A DNA stretch of 64,000 nt from an uncultured Planctomycetota bacterium (GCA_963849325.1 CAWKHF010000009.1:256001-320000), one strand, 5' to 3'. Shown: positions 22,901 through 33,186, counted from the first letter of the stretch. Notes: generated from the sequence alone by a model not told the origin. Program-made: numbers and translations.

Positions 22901-24146
22901 GGACTTGACGGCGGCTGGTGCCGCCGGCCGCTCTTGGACGTTCGCGGCGTCGTCGGCCTTACGCGATGGAGGCTGAGCGCGGCCCGGAACGAGCGGAAGC
23001 AGGACCACGGCCAGAACGAGCAGGGCGAGCCGGCCGGCCGGAGGTAGGCCGCGCGGCGTGGCCGCGTGCATAATCAGGCTCAATCGCCGCTTCAGCGAAT
23101 AGACGCGGCCGAAGGCGCTGGCCGCCGGCGGCAGGACCGCTCGCGCCCGGACAGGAAATCGACCGTTTGCAGCAGCGCCCCGGCATAGGCCGGCGCCGCG
23201 CGCGGTAGCTCGCTCACCACCCAGGCATCGCAGCATTCCTCCTCGGCCGCGTGCAAGGCCCGGCAGGCGTACCAGACCAGCGGGTTCCACCAGTACAAGC
23301 CCAGGGCCAAACCTTCGAGAACGCGAACCCAGTGGTCGCGGCGGCACAGATGGGCCAATTCATGCACCAGCAGCGCGTCCCGACTCTCGGCGCCGAGTTG
23401 GCGCAGCAGCGCTCGCGGGAAGAACAGACGCGGCCGGCCGCCAACCGCCCACAACAACGGCGGCAGCGCTCCCGGCACCAGCCACACTGACGGACAGCGC
23501 GACAGCCCCAGGCGTCGTGCCAGCACGGCGGCGCGCTCTTGCAGCGCCGTCGGCGCCGGCAGAGCGTAGCGAAGCAGGCGATGGAAACGGACGATGCGCC
23601 GCCCCATCACGGCGAACCAGACGACACAGCCGGTCAGCCACAGCAGACCGAGAATGTCGAAGACGTGAGCGCGAACGGATAACACCTGATCCCGAAGCGA
23701 TACCGGCACGACTGCGGCGACCGACGGGACCGCCTCGATTACCGGCGCGGGGATGTCGATCACTTCGGCGTCGATGGCGGCTGGCTCGTCCTTCTCCGCA
23801 GTCGGCGGCGGGAGAGGCGCCCCCTCCGCGGCGGTACGGGCCAGGTCGCTGCCGCGCGGAAACTTTCGGCCGATGGCGGCCGAGCGCGGTGCCTGCGCGG
23901 CGCCGCGCGTGCGATGACGCGCGGCGGTAGGTCCGGCGAGCCGAGCCGGACGGACGCCGCTTCTTCCGCCGGCGCCAGCACCGGCACGTGAACCAGCGGC
24001 GGCGTCAGCAACTTGAGCAGCACCAGCACCCACAGGGCATGAACGAGGGCCGGCCGCCAGCCCCACCGCCGCGCCGTCAACGCCGCCAACGCCGGCACAC
24101 CGGCCAGCAGGGCGTTGAGTACGCCGATCTCGACGAGGCTGCGCAC
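19964..24146 (-). CDS. BlaR1/M56 peptidase sensor fused to a long WD40-repeat region (frameshifts near 23860, 23145, 21660, 20930)
   Basis: HALWVLVLLKLLTPP; LLVHELAHLCRRDHW, YWWNPLVW, EEECCD; LKRRLSLIM; then about 20 WD40 repeats. Confidence 0.88.
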
Positions 24147-24201
24147 GTTCGGCTCCTTTCCTCAGCCCGCATGGCGGGGAGCCTGGAGCGTCTCACCAAA
24201 A

Positions 24202-24302
24202 AGCCTCACGCCAAGGCGCAAAGAACGCAAAGACAAAAAGGAGACCAGCCGACTGGGTTATTCGTTTCTTCCTTTGCGTTCTTTGCGCCTTGGCGTGAGG
24301 CT
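24202..24302. repeat. REP-like inverted repeat
   Basis: AGCCTCACGCCAAGGCGCAAAGAACGCAAAG ... CTTTGCGTTCTTTGCGCCTTGGCGTGAGGCT. Confidence 0.85.
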
Positions 24303-24318
24303 CTCTTGATGAAGCCCA

Positions 24319-24732
24319 TTAATCTCTGCCGCCGCGTCCCTTGCCGCGCGGCGCCTGCCGAAGTTGATCGAGAAAGGTCCGCAATTCCTGTCGCTCCGCC
24401 GAGCTGAACTGTTCGGTCTTCAGCAGATGCAACAGCAGCGGCGCCATCGATCCGCCGCACAGTTTCTCCGCCGTGGCCCGCAATCGCCAGCCGATCAGCG
24501 TCTGCCGATCGATCGCCGCCGTGAAGCCGTGCGGCCACGTCCCTCGATCACGGCGGATGCAGCCCTTGGTCTCCAGGCGCTCCAGCAACTTCTGCACGGT
24601 GCCGTACTGCGCCGCCGTGCCCGCGGGGTAGAGCCGGTCCGTTAGCTGGCGGATCGTCGCCGTGCCCTGCTCCCATAAGGTTTGCAGGACCGCCAACTCC
24701 GCGTCGGTCACGTCCAACGGCCTTTCGTCCAT
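24319..24732 (-). CDS. BlaI/MecI/CopY family repressor
   Basis: TDAELAVLQTLWEQG; YGTVQKLLERLETKG; CGGSMAPLLLHL; directly upstream of the M56 gene. Confidence 0.92.
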   Translation of the reverse strand: MDERPLDVTDAELAVLQTLWEQGTATIRQLTDRLYPAGTAAQYGTVQKLLERLETKGCIRRDRGTWPHGFTAAIDRQTLIGWRLRATAEKLCGGSMAPLLLHLLKTEQFSSAERQELRTFLDQLRQAPRGKGRGGRD

Positions 24733-24767
24733 CTTCCTTCACCTGTGTCAAGATGGGGATAGATGCG

Positions 24768-24796
24768 AATTTAAGACGACTCGTCTGAGATGTCAA
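24768..24796 (-). promoter_or_regulatory. Sigma70 promoter of blaI with a palindromic operator in the spacer
   Basis: Minus strand TTGACA-TCTCAGACGAGTCGTCT(17 nt)-TAAATT; palindrome AGACGA-N-TCGTCT at 24774-24786. Confidence 0.75.
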
Positions 24797-24816
24797 GCAA
24801 TTTCCGGCAATTTTTT

Positions 24817-24883
24817 CCGGCGAGCGGGGGGCGTCAGCCCCCTGTTTGTTCGCAACAGGGGGCTAACGCCCCCCGCTCGCCGG
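24817..24883. repeat. REP-like palindrome (same family as 14046-14143)
   Basis: CCGGCGAGCGGGGGGCGTCAGCCCCCTGTT...AACAGGGGGCTAACGCCCCCCGCTCGCCGG. Confidence 0.85.
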
Positions 24884-25522
24884 AGGAACGCTGCTCCAGT
24901 CGAGCCAGGTCCGCCAGACCAGGAATGCCAACAGCAGGTAGGCCGTCAGCGTGGCCGGCCACGATTTGGACACGAACTTCACGGCGCTGCCGGCGTACTT
25001 GTTCAGGTGCAGGCGCGCACCCATGAAATCGACGCTGTAAATCTCGTCGAGCACCAAATGCGACAAAAAGCCGAGCATGACGGCCCCGGCGAGGAAGATG
25101 CGCAGACGCAGATCGTTCGTGGGGTAGATCAGGTACGTCGCCAGGCCGGCGATGAACAGGGCCGGGACGCTGTGGAACATGCCACGGTGTACGGAAGCGT
25201 GCTTGAACAGCGTGGACAGGACGTAGCGGATGAAGACGTACACGGCGGCGAGGAGGACGAGCGTCTGTTCGGTGGAATGCTGGCGCCATTCGGAGACGCG
25301 CTTGTACAGCAAGAAGGGAGCGACGGAGGCGGAGACGCCGAACAGCTCGCGCACCGGCACGCCGCTGTCGCTGTCGAGGTCCGGCAGCAGTCCGCCCAGC
25401 GTCGTCAGTCCCGCCGCCACCAACGCCGGACCCCAATCGTAGTTCCACTCCAACAGGGCTAGGCTGCCATAGCCGGCGCCGAGCATCCCGGCGAAGGTCA
25501 GGTGTCCGCGATAACTGGCCAT
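24863..25522 (-). CDS. Membrane metal-dependent hydrolase (YdjM family)
   Basis: GH...GGLLPDLD...HRGMFHS...SHLVLD motifs; several TM segments. Confidence 0.88.
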   Translation of the reverse strand: MASYRGHLTFAGMLGAGYGSLALLEWNYDWGPALVAAGLTTLGGLLPDLDSDSGVPVRELFGVSASVAPFLLYKRVSEWRQHSTEQTLVLLAAVYVFIRYVLSTLFKHASVHRGMFHSVPALFIAGLATYLIYPTNDLRLRIFLAGAVMLGFLSHLVLDEIYSVDFMGARLHLNKYAGSAVKFVSKSWPATLTAYLLLAFLVWRTWLDWSSVPPASGGR

Positions 25523-25553
25523 CGAGCGGTCCTCATTGACCCGTGCGATTCCC

Positions 25554-25805
25554 TCATCCAGGCAGAGGCGAGTCGAGCGGATAGTAGACTTCCACGCGCG
25601 TGATGTGGAGGAGAGATATCAAGGCAAAGCGTTGCCGTGGAGGGTCCAGGACGCTCCTCGGCGGCAACGCGATCCGCAGGCTCATGTGGACAATCGTACC
25701 GATCTCGGGGTGAGTGACGTCATAGGTAGCGCCGTCGGAGACAAAGACTCGAAAGGGGCAAAATGGTTGGCTGGTCAAAAGGCGACGAAGATCATCGGGC
25801 CGCAT
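25554..25805 (-). CDS. Small hypothetical protein (QPF.PFR.F.SDG..Y.V.HPE type)
   Basis: MRPDDLRRLLTSQPFCPFRVFVSDGATYDVTHPE; paralog of the adjacent gene. Confidence 0.75.
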   Translation of the reverse strand: MRPDDLRRLLTSQPFCPFRVFVSDGATYDVTHPEIGTIVHMSLRIALPPRSVLDPPRQRFALISLLHITRVEVYYPLDSPLPG

Positions 25806-25871
25806 GGTTTATCCATTGGAACCATCTGCGAAAAAGGAGAAAGGAATGCCGTATCTCACGGCGTCCCTTCG

Positions 25872-26126
25872 TCACTGGGTCGGCGTACCGTTTATCGTCG
25901 CGTCCGCCTCCACCTGCTGAATCTGGTTCATCAGGACAAGCTCAAAATCATCACTGTAGGGGTCAGGATTTTGGGGATCGGTGATACCGATGATAGCCAT
26001 GTCTTCACCAATGAGGGTGATCTCCGGACAAACAACGTCCAGGACTTTCCCATTGACGAGATGGATGCGGAAGGGCCGAAAGGGTCGTTGCCGCAGCAAG
26101 TGCTTCAATTCTTCGGAACGTCTCAT
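25872..26126 (-). CDS. Small hypothetical protein, paralog of 25554-25805
   Basis: MRRSEELKHLLRQRPFRPFRIHLVNGKVLDVVCPE; GGAGG RBS. Confidence 0.75.
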   Translation of the reverse strand: MRRSEELKHLLRQRPFRPFRIHLVNGKVLDVVCPEITLIGEDMAIIGITDPQNPDPYSDDFELVLMNQIQQVEADATINGTPTQ

Positions 26127-26322
26127 GGTCGTTGCCTCCGCGAGAAGGTTGCTTCCCGCCATTATCCATGCCTCGTTCGTGCCCGACAAGAGGATCGCCC
26201 TTCGTGCGGAACGAGAACAGGTTGTTGCCCTGGTCCGTTCGAGGGAAAAAAGTGTATAAAACGGCCTCCGACCGAGGAATAGTGGATAGAAGATCGGCCG
26301 CATCACCCGGCAAGGAGGCCCG

Positions 26323-28079
26323 ATGGCGATCAACCCGATGAGCAAGGTCATTCAACATCTCCAGCGAACCGCCTTGCGGCGAGACGGGGCGGGGCTGAGC
26401 GATGGCCAACTGCTGGAGCGTTACCTCCGCCATCGAGAGGACGCCGCCTTCGCGGCCCTGGTGCGGCGACACGGCCCGATGGTGCTGAGCGTCTGCCGTC
26501 GCGTCCTCGGCAACGACCACGACGCCGAGGACGCCTTCCAGGCTTCTTTCCTCGTCCTGGTCCGCAAGGCCCCTGCCGTCGTGCCACGCGAGAAGGTCGC
26601 CAACTTCTTGTACGGCGTCGCGCACACCACGGCGTTACGGGCCAAGGGGCTGATCGCCAAGCGGCGCGCCGAGAAAAACAGGTGGCGGAAATGCCCGAAC
26701 CCGAAGCCAGGTCGCCGGACCTGGAGAGCGACCTGCGGCCCCTGCTGGACCGAGAACTGAGCCGTCTGCCCGAGAAATATCGTGTACCGATTGTCCTGTG
26801 CGACCTGGAGGACAGGTCCATCAAGGACGCGGCCCGGCACCTGGGTTGGCCGCAAGGGACATTGGCGGGACGGCTGGCGCGGGCGCGGGTGATGCTGGCG
26901 AAGCGGCTCGTCCGCTGTGGTCTGGGAGTGTCGGGTGGAGCGTTGGCGGTATTGCTATCGCAACAAGCGCGAGCGGCCTTCGTGCCGACTCGGATCATGT
27001 CGGGTACGATCGAAGCCGCAAGATTGTTTGCGGCGGGACAGGCGGCGTCGGGCCTGATTTCGGTCCCGGTCGCCGCTCTCACGGAAGGAGTCCTGAGGAC
27101 CATGTTCCTAACCAAGTTGAAGACCGCAACAGCGGTCCTGGCGGTGACGACGTTGAGCCTGACTGTTCTCGGCGGAGGGCTGACGATCGCGCAGCAGGTC
27201 AAGGGCGAGCGAGGGAATCAGGTTGTCGTTGACACGGCGAAGCCGCCGGAATCGCGGAACAAACAAGAGAGACGGCAAGGCGACAATCCTCTTCCACGGG
27301 TCGGCTTCGTCGATGGCGGCACCGTCGGCCAGCCGAGCTTGCTCTTCCCCGGAATCGGCCTGGACAACCTGATCGCAACCGAAACTCCGGACGTGCGATT
27401 GGGACGGGGATCCAAGGACTATAATGCGATTTTTGAGACGGTTCTGGACATCGTGGATGACTTCTTCGAGGTTGCCTACGCGAACCGATACGACGGCCGC
27501 ATCGAAACTCACCATCTGGAAAAACCTACCGCGTCGCCGCCCGTTCGGCGGCGAGCCGTCGTCTGGATCAGCGTGGACGATGCGGGCGGCTACCGGGTCG
27601 GTATTCGAGTCCACCGCGAAGAGAAGGTCACGACTTCCCGTTTCGATACCAAACTGTCTCGTCCCTTTAGGGAAACGCATTGGGAAGACATAGGCCGTGA
27701 CATCAAACTGGAGCAAGTCATGCGGCAACGGTTGGTCGAGTGGGATCGGAAGGAGAGAGCCGAGAAGCCACAGATACATAAACAGAGCGAGAATCCGAGA
27801 GAGCAGGATGAGGCAAACCATCCCAACGGCGTCTTGCTACGGAACGTCCATGTGGACGCGGTGAATCCCGACCACACGATTTCGGTCATTACACTGAGTA
27901 ATCGACCAGTCACGATCATGAACTTGCCGGTAGCGCCCGATGCCAAAATCAGGGTCAAGAAAGGAAACACCCTCGCCGCCGTGAAGATCGGCATGCGTCT
28001 GGTCCTGCGACTGCGTGTGATGGAGGACCAGATCGTTGTCACGGAAATCCGACAGGAAGGGAGTACGGCCAAAAAATAA
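26323..28079 (+). CDS. ECF sigma factor with TM helix and C-terminal extension, frameshift near 26680
   Basis: LSDGQLLERY, AFAALVRRHGPMVLSVCRRVL, DAEDAFQA; LPEKYRVPIVLCDLE, LGWPQGTLAGRLARAR; VLRTMFLTKLK. Confidence 0.9.
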
Positions 28080-28090
28080 GTTCCGTTACG

Positions 28091-29227
28091 CTATACTTGA
28101 AAGCGATTGATGCGGAACATGCCGATGGGCAGATCGGTTCGGCCCTTGTCGGCGAGGTCGGCGAGGATCTCGCCGACGACCGAAGCGAACTTGAATCCGT
28201 GGCCGGAAAAGCCGGCGGCCAGGGCCACGTTCGGATGATCGGGGTGCAAATCGATGACGAAGTGACGGTCGGGTGTCAGCGTGTAAATGCACACGGAGGC
28301 GCGGCGGCGCGAGCCATCCAGCAGCGGCAGATGTTCGCGCAGGAAGGATCGGGCCTTCTCCTCGTCCTCGGCGGAGGGCGTGCGGTCGATTTCGCTGGGG
28401 CTGTTCAACTCCGGGGCGCCGTAATGCTGGGCGACCTTGGCGCCGTGGGCGTTGAGGACCGGGAAGCCGTAGAAGTGGCCTTGCGGCGTGTCGGCGATGT
28501 ACAGCGGGAAGACGTCGCGGCGGAACAGGCGATCGTCGCTGGTGCCGAACCACTGCACGACTTGACGCATGACGCGGAGGAACGTCCCGCGCTGCGCCAG
28601 CACCTCGCCCGCCCAAGGGCCGGCCGTGATGACCAGACGCGCGGCCGTGTAGCGCCCTCCATGCGTTTCGACGCGCACCTCGCGGTCATCGGCCTCCCAG
28701 GAGACAACCGGCTCGTGGTCGTGGATGGTCGCGCCCAGGCGTACCGCCTCGCAGGTGTGGGCCTGGACGCAATCTTCCACATAGAGAAAACCCGCCGAGC
28801 GCTCCAGCACCCCGGCGTATTCGTCCGCGAAGCGGAAGGCGGGGAAACGACTGCGCAACTCCCGGGGAGATAGCGACTCGACCGGCAGACCGTGTTGTTC
28901 GGCGGAGGCGAGGACGCCGCCAATCATCGCGCTGTCGCGGCGACCGATGCTCAGGCAGGGACTCTCGGTCAGCAAGTGGACGCCTTGACGTTGTTCGAGG
29001 TCGTACCAGCGCTCGAAGGCGCGGCCGACGAGCGGAACGTAATCGGGGTGCTCGTAATAAGCGCGGCGGATGATGCGCGTATGTCCGTGCGAGCTGCCGC
29101 GATCGTGGCCGAGGGCGAACTGCTCCAGGGCGAGGACGCGCCGGCCGCGGCGGGCCAGCTCGCACGCCGCCGCCGACCCCATGCCGCCGACACCAATCAC
29201 GATCGCGTCATAGATGTGCGCAGTCAT
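28091..29227 (-). CDS. solA: Monomeric sarcosine / N-methyl-L-tryptophan oxidase family flavoprotein
   Basis: IGVGGMGSAA; GSSHGHTRIIR; CIYTLTPD (flavinylation Cys); GFSGHGFKF. Confidence 0.9.
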   Translation of the reverse strand: MTAHIYDAIVIGVGGMGSAAACELARRGRRVLALEQFALGHDRGSSHGHTRIIRRAYYEHPDYVPLVGRAFERWYDLEQRQGVHLLTESPCLSIGRRDSAMIGGVLASAEQHGLPVESLSPRELRSRFPAFRFADEYAGVLERSAGFLYVEDCVQAHTCEAVRLGATIHDHEPVVSWEADDREVRVETHGGRYTAARLVITAGPWAGEVLAQRGTFLRVMRQVVQWFGTSDDRLFRRDVFPLYIADTPQGHFYGFPVLNAHGAKVAQHYGAPELNSPSEIDRTPSAEDEEKARSFLREHLPLLDGSRRRASVCIYTLTPDRHFVIDLHPDHPNVALAAGFSGHGFKFASVVGEILADLADKGRTDLPIGMFRINRFQV

Positions 29228-29261
29228 TCTTGTTCTCACAAAATGCGAAGTAGCAAACGCC

Positions 29262-30617
29262 TCACGGAAGGGTCAGATAGCGCTCGACTTCCCAGGCCGT
29301 CACCTGGCGATGGTACTCGTCCCATTCCGCGCGCTTCAGGCGCAGGAACTCCGCCGCGATCGGGCCGAGCGCCGCCTGGATCACCTCGTCGCGCTCCAGC
29401 TCGCCCAGCGCCTCGATCAGGCTCTGCGGCAGCAGGCGTACCTTGCGGCGGGCCATTTCCTCCAGACCCAGGGCGTAGGTGTTGTCGCGGTTCGGCTCGC
29501 CGGGGTCGAGGCCGCGGCGGATGCCGTCCAGGCCGGCGCCGAGGTAGGCGGCGAAGGCGAGATAGGGGTTGAACGCCGACGACACGGTGCGGTCCTCGAC
29601 GTGGCCGGACTCCGGCGTGCGGATCATCTGCGTGCGGTTGTTATCGCCGTAGGTGATGAACGCCGGCGTCCAGGTGAAGCCGGAGCGCGTGCCGGTCAAG
29701 CCCTGTCCGACCTGCAAACGCTTGTAACAGTTCACGGTCGGCGAGGTGACGGCGCACAGGGCGCGAGCGTGGCTCAGCACGCCGCCCAGGAAATGATAGG
29801 CCAGTTCGCTCAGGCCCAGGCCGCGGCGGTCGTCCTCCGCGGCGAACAGGTTGCGGCCGGTCTCGGCGTCGGCCAGGTGGTAGTGCAGGTGCGCGCCGCT
29901 GCCGGTGCGGTCGGCGAACGGCTTGGCCATGAACGTGGCGACGGCGCCGTATTTCCGCGCCGTCTGTCCGGCGAGCATCTTGAAGAAGAGGAAGCGGTCG
30001 GCCGTCGTCAGCGCGTCGGCGTAGCGAAAATTGATCTCGTACTGGCCGTTGGCGTCCTCGTGGTCGGACTGGTAGACGCCCCAGCCGAGCTTGCGGAGGC
30101 CTTCGTTCATGTCGCGCAGATACTCGTAGGCGGCGGATAGACCCTTGAAATCGTAACAGGGCTTGGCCAGGGTATCGACGCCGGCGGGATCCCAGGGGAC
30201 GATGCGTCCGTCCTCGCGGCGCGAGACGAGGAAGTGCTCCGGCTCGACGCCGACGTTGAAGACGTAGCCGGCGGCGCGCAACTCGCCCAGAACACGCTGG
30301 AGGTTGACGCGCGGACAGTATGCGAAGGGTTGGTCATCGACGTACAGGTCCGCGGCGAATCGGGCCAGGCCATGCGTCCACGGCGCCGGCGTGTAGCTGG
30401 ACAGATCGATGCGGGCCATCATGTCGTGGGAGGAAGCGTTCTGACCCATGCCCCAGACGGCGCCGCCGGCGAAGCCAGCGCCGGCGTCCGCGACCGCATC
30501 CAGCATCTCGCGCGGCACCATCTTCACCTTGGCCGAGCCGTGGATGTCCACGAACTGCACGAGTAGGTAATCCACGCCGTCTTTTTGCAGCTGAATCTTG
30601 AGCGTGCCACGATCCAC
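29262..30617 (-). CDS. gmaS: Type III glutamine synthetase (GlnT) / gamma-glutamylmethylamide synthetase
   Basis: QFVDIHGSAKVKMVP, GAGFAG, GVEPEHFL, YQSDHEDANGQYE, YGDNNRTQMIR; GTG start behind AAGGAGGT; adjacent to mgsABC-like genes. Confidence 0.85.
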   Translation of the reverse strand: MDRGTLKIQLQKDGVDYLLVQFVDIHGSAKVKMVPREMLDAVADAGAGFAGGAVWGMGQNASSHDMMARIDLSSYTPAPWTHGLARFAADLYVDDQPFAYCPRVNLQRVLGELRAAGYVFNVGVEPEHFLVSRREDGRIVPWDPAGVDTLAKPCYDFKGLSAAYEYLRDMNEGLRKLGWGVYQSDHEDANGQYEINFRYADALTTADRFLFFKMLAGQTARKYGAVATFMAKPFADRTGSGAHLHYHLADAETGRNLFAAEDDRRGLGLSELAYHFLGGVLSHARALCAVTSPTVNCYKRLQVGQGLTGTRSGFTWTPAFITYGDNNRTQMIRTPESGHVEDRTVSSAFNPYLAFAAYLGAGLDGIRRGLDPGEPNRDNTYALGLEEMARRKVRLLPQSLIEALGELERDEVIQAALGPIAAEFLRLKRAEWDEYHRQVTAWEVERYLTLP

Positions 30618-30726
30618 GATCGACCTCCTTACCCGAGCCGGCGCTGCGAGCGGACGCTGGTTGGTTGGGAGAGAGGTATCGCTTGTGTATAATCGCTGCA
30701 ACGACCAAACTCAAGCGAGAAACGCC

Positions 30727-31650
30727 ATGTGCGGCATCGTCGGTTATCTGGACAGGCGCCAACAACGAGATCGTCCGCTCGGACGCACTCTGCTGACCAT
30801 GCTGCAAGCCCTGTCCTGCCGCGGCCCCGATTCGGCCGGCGTCGCCCTGTTCGGCGAAGCGTCTCCGCTTCAACTGCGCCTGAATGTACCGCGGGACATG
30901 GATCCGGATCGGGTGAATCAAACCCTCCACGACGAAGGGCTGACCGTACATCGATCTTACTCAACCGGCGTCTACGATGCGCTAATCGCCTCCCGAGTGG
31001 ACGTCACTCGTTTGGAGGATCGACTGGTCCGGCGCTTACCGGGCAGCGAAATCCTCTGTCTCGGCGAGCACCTCGACCTGTCGAAACAGGTCGGTTCACC
31101 GGACGAACTGGAAGCGACCTATCACGTCAGCGTCTTCCAGGGTACGCATGGCATCGGGCACACGCGGATGTCCACGGAGAGCCGCGTGGACCTGAGCCAT
31201 TCGCAACCGTTCTGGGCGCATGGCGTACCCGACCTGGCGACGGTACACAACGGCCACATCACGAATTATCACAAGCTGCGCCGTCGCTTCGAGCAGGAGG
31301 GGTATCGCTTCTACACCGACAACGACTCGGAAGTGATCGGCGTCTATCTGCGCGATCGCCTGGCGGCGGGGCGGACGCTGGAAGGGGCGCTGCATGCGTC
31401 GTTGGAGGATTTCGACGGCTCGTTTTGCTACCTGGTGGCGTCGAAGGATCGTCTCGCCTTCGTCAAGGACCGCTTCGGCTTCAAGCCGCTGATGCTGGCC
31501 GAAACGGAGGAATTCGTGGCCCTGGCGACCGAGGAGGTCGCCCTGCGCCGCGCCCTGGGGCGTGACTTCGTGGCCCGCGAACCGGCGCCCGGCTCCGTGC
31601 GTATCTGGTCGGTCCACTCGGAACCGGCCGCCGTTGCCGCCGACGAATAA
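30727..31650 (+). CDS. mgsA: Class II glutamine amidotransferase (N-methylglutamate synthase subunit A, GlxB-like)
   Basis: MCGIVG N-terminal Cys; RGPDSAG; GHTRMSTES; VHNG; NDSEV; TATAAT at 30688-30693. Confidence 0.85.
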   Translation: MCGIVGYLDRRQQRDRPLGRTLLTMLQALSCRGPDSAGVALFGEASPLQLRLNVPRDMDPDRVNQTLHDEGLTVHRSYSTGVYDALIASRVDVTRLEDRLVRRLPGSEILCLGEHLDLSKQVGSPDELEATYHVSVFQGTHGIGHTRMSTESRVDLSHSQPFWAHGVPDLATVHNGHITNYHKLRRRFEQEGYRFYTDNDSEVIGVYLRDRLAAGRTLEGALHASLEDFDGSFCYLVASKDRLAFVKDRFGFKPLMLAETEEFVALATEEVALRRALGRDFVAREPAPGSVRIWSVHSEPAAVAADE

Positions 31651-31666
31651 CCGCCATGAGGAGGGT

Positions 31667-32365
31667 GTGCCCTTGACGTTCGCCATCAACTGCCGCGAGA
31701 AGACGACGCGCGAGATCAACCGCCTGCTGCGCGAGGCCGTTGCCTCGGGGCACGAACACATTCACGTCCTCGAACCCGAGGCGCGGCACAATCTCGGCGT
31801 GGCCCTGCTGCGGCCGGTGCGCGTGGTCTTCGAGGGTAGCGTGGGCTACTACTGCGCCGGCATGATGGACGGGGCACACGTCGAGGTCCACGGCAGCGCC
31901 GGCTGGGGCGCGGCGGAATCGATGATGAACGGCACGGTCGTGATCGACGGCAACGCCGGCAGCGGCGTGGCCGCGTCGATCCGCGGCGGTACGGTGGTCG
32001 TCCGCGGCGACGCCGCCGCTCGTGCCGGCGTCTCGATGAAGGGCGGCACGCTCCTTATCGGCGGCAGCTGCGGTTACATGGCCGGCTTCATGATGCAGAA
32101 GGGACGCATCATCATCTGCGGCGACGCCGGCGACGCCCTGGCCGATTCCATGTACGAGGGCGTCGTTTTCGTCGGCGGGCAGATCGCATCGCTGGGCAAC
32201 GATACCGTCATCGAGGAGCCGACCGCTGAGGATCGCGCCGGATTGAACGAGTTGCTGGTGACGTACCGCGTGGCGGGTCCAACATCGTTTCGCAAGGTCG
32301 TCTCCGGTCGCAAACTGTGGAACTTCGATCGTCGGGAGCTTGAAGTCTGGAAGGCGGCCCTATGA
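31667..32365 (+). CDS. mgsB: GXGXG-domain glutamate synthase subunit (N-methylglutamate synthase subunit B, GlxC-like)
   Basis: GSVGYYCAGMM, AESMMNG, AARAGVSMKGG, LADSMYEG; GAGGAGG RBS. Confidence 0.85.
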   Translation: MPLTFAINCREKTTREINRLLREAVASGHEHIHVLEPEARHNLGVALLRPVRVVFEGSVGYYCAGMMDGAHVEVHGSAGWGAAESMMNGTVVIDGNAGSGVAASIRGGTVVVRGDAAARAGVSMKGGTLLIGGSCGYMAGFMMQKGRIIICGDAGDALADSMYEGVVFVGGQIASLGNDTVIEEPTAEDRAGLNELLVTYRVAGPTSFRKVVSGRKLWNFDRRELEVWKAAL

Positions 32366-32694
32366 ATCCACTCACGATCGGCAAGAGTTATTTCTTGCGC
32401 CTACCGGATAGCCGCATGCTTGGTCGAGTGAAGATACTGCGGATGGAGGATGACTGGGCGGAAGGACGTTTTCAGGCGGACGAAGCCTTCACCGACCTGC
32501 GTCCTCTTTTTGAAGAGGAGGCCCAGCTGCGTAACGACCAAATTATCCCTCTCTGGGAGGAGGCAGCGGATCGAATTGAGTCTCTTCGTATCCAGGTAGT
32601 GGCGGAGGACGGGACCGTGCATCCTCGTCTGCGGATTTTTCTCGAAGGAGATGAAGCGTCGCTGGCCTTGCCGTTAGCGCCGTCTGACGGTTGA
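32362..32694 (+). CDS. Hypothetical protein
   Basis: 110-aa ORF with ATGA overlap on the mgsB stop. Confidence 0.6.
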   Translation: MNPLTIGKSYFLRLPDSRMLGRVKILRMEDDWAEGRFQADEAFTDLRPLFEEEAQLRNDQIIPLWEEAADRIESLRIQVVAEDGTVHPRLRIFLEGDEASLALPLAPSDG

Positions 32695-32720
32695 TCCACA
32701 AGACAAAGAAGGTGAAGGCA

Positions 32721-33155
32721 ATGGAGATTTCAACGATGGGAAAAGTGCTTGTGTCGGCGAAGATCGAGAACTTCAACGACTTGTACGATGTAAGCACTGG
32801 CCGACTTCAACCCGAAAACGTTCGCCGCATCGAGGTGGCGGATGCCCTGGTCGATACCGGCTCCATGCACCTCATGCTGCCCCGACGCTTTGTGCAGCAA
32901 CTGGGACTGCAGCGGTATCGAACGCGCAGGGCAAGAACCACGGGAGGGATGACCGACATCCCCATGTGCGGCATGGTCCAGTTAACGGTGCAGGGACGCG
33001 ATTGCCGCATGGAGGTGGGGGAGATCCCTGATGAATGTCCCGTCTTGATCGGTCAGATGCCCTTGGAATCTCTCGATTTCGTCGTTGATCCCATCCATCA
33101 ACGGCTCATCGGCAACCCCGAACACGGCGGCGAACACATGATCGAATGGTACTGA
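32721..33155 (+). CDS. Clan AA (retropepsin-like) aspartyl protease
   Basis: ALVDTGS catalytic motif; VLIGQMPLESLDFVVDP. Confidence 0.85.
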   Translation: MEISTMGKVLVSAKIENFNDLYDVSTGRLQPENVRRIEVADALVDTGSMHLMLPRRFVQQLGLQRYRTRRARTTGGMTDIPMCGMVQLTVQGRDCRMEVGEIPDECPVLIGQMPLESLDFVVDPIHQRLIGNPEHGGEHMIEWY

Positions 33156-33186
33156 TCCCTTTGTTGCTGCGCTCGTGACCCTCCCT

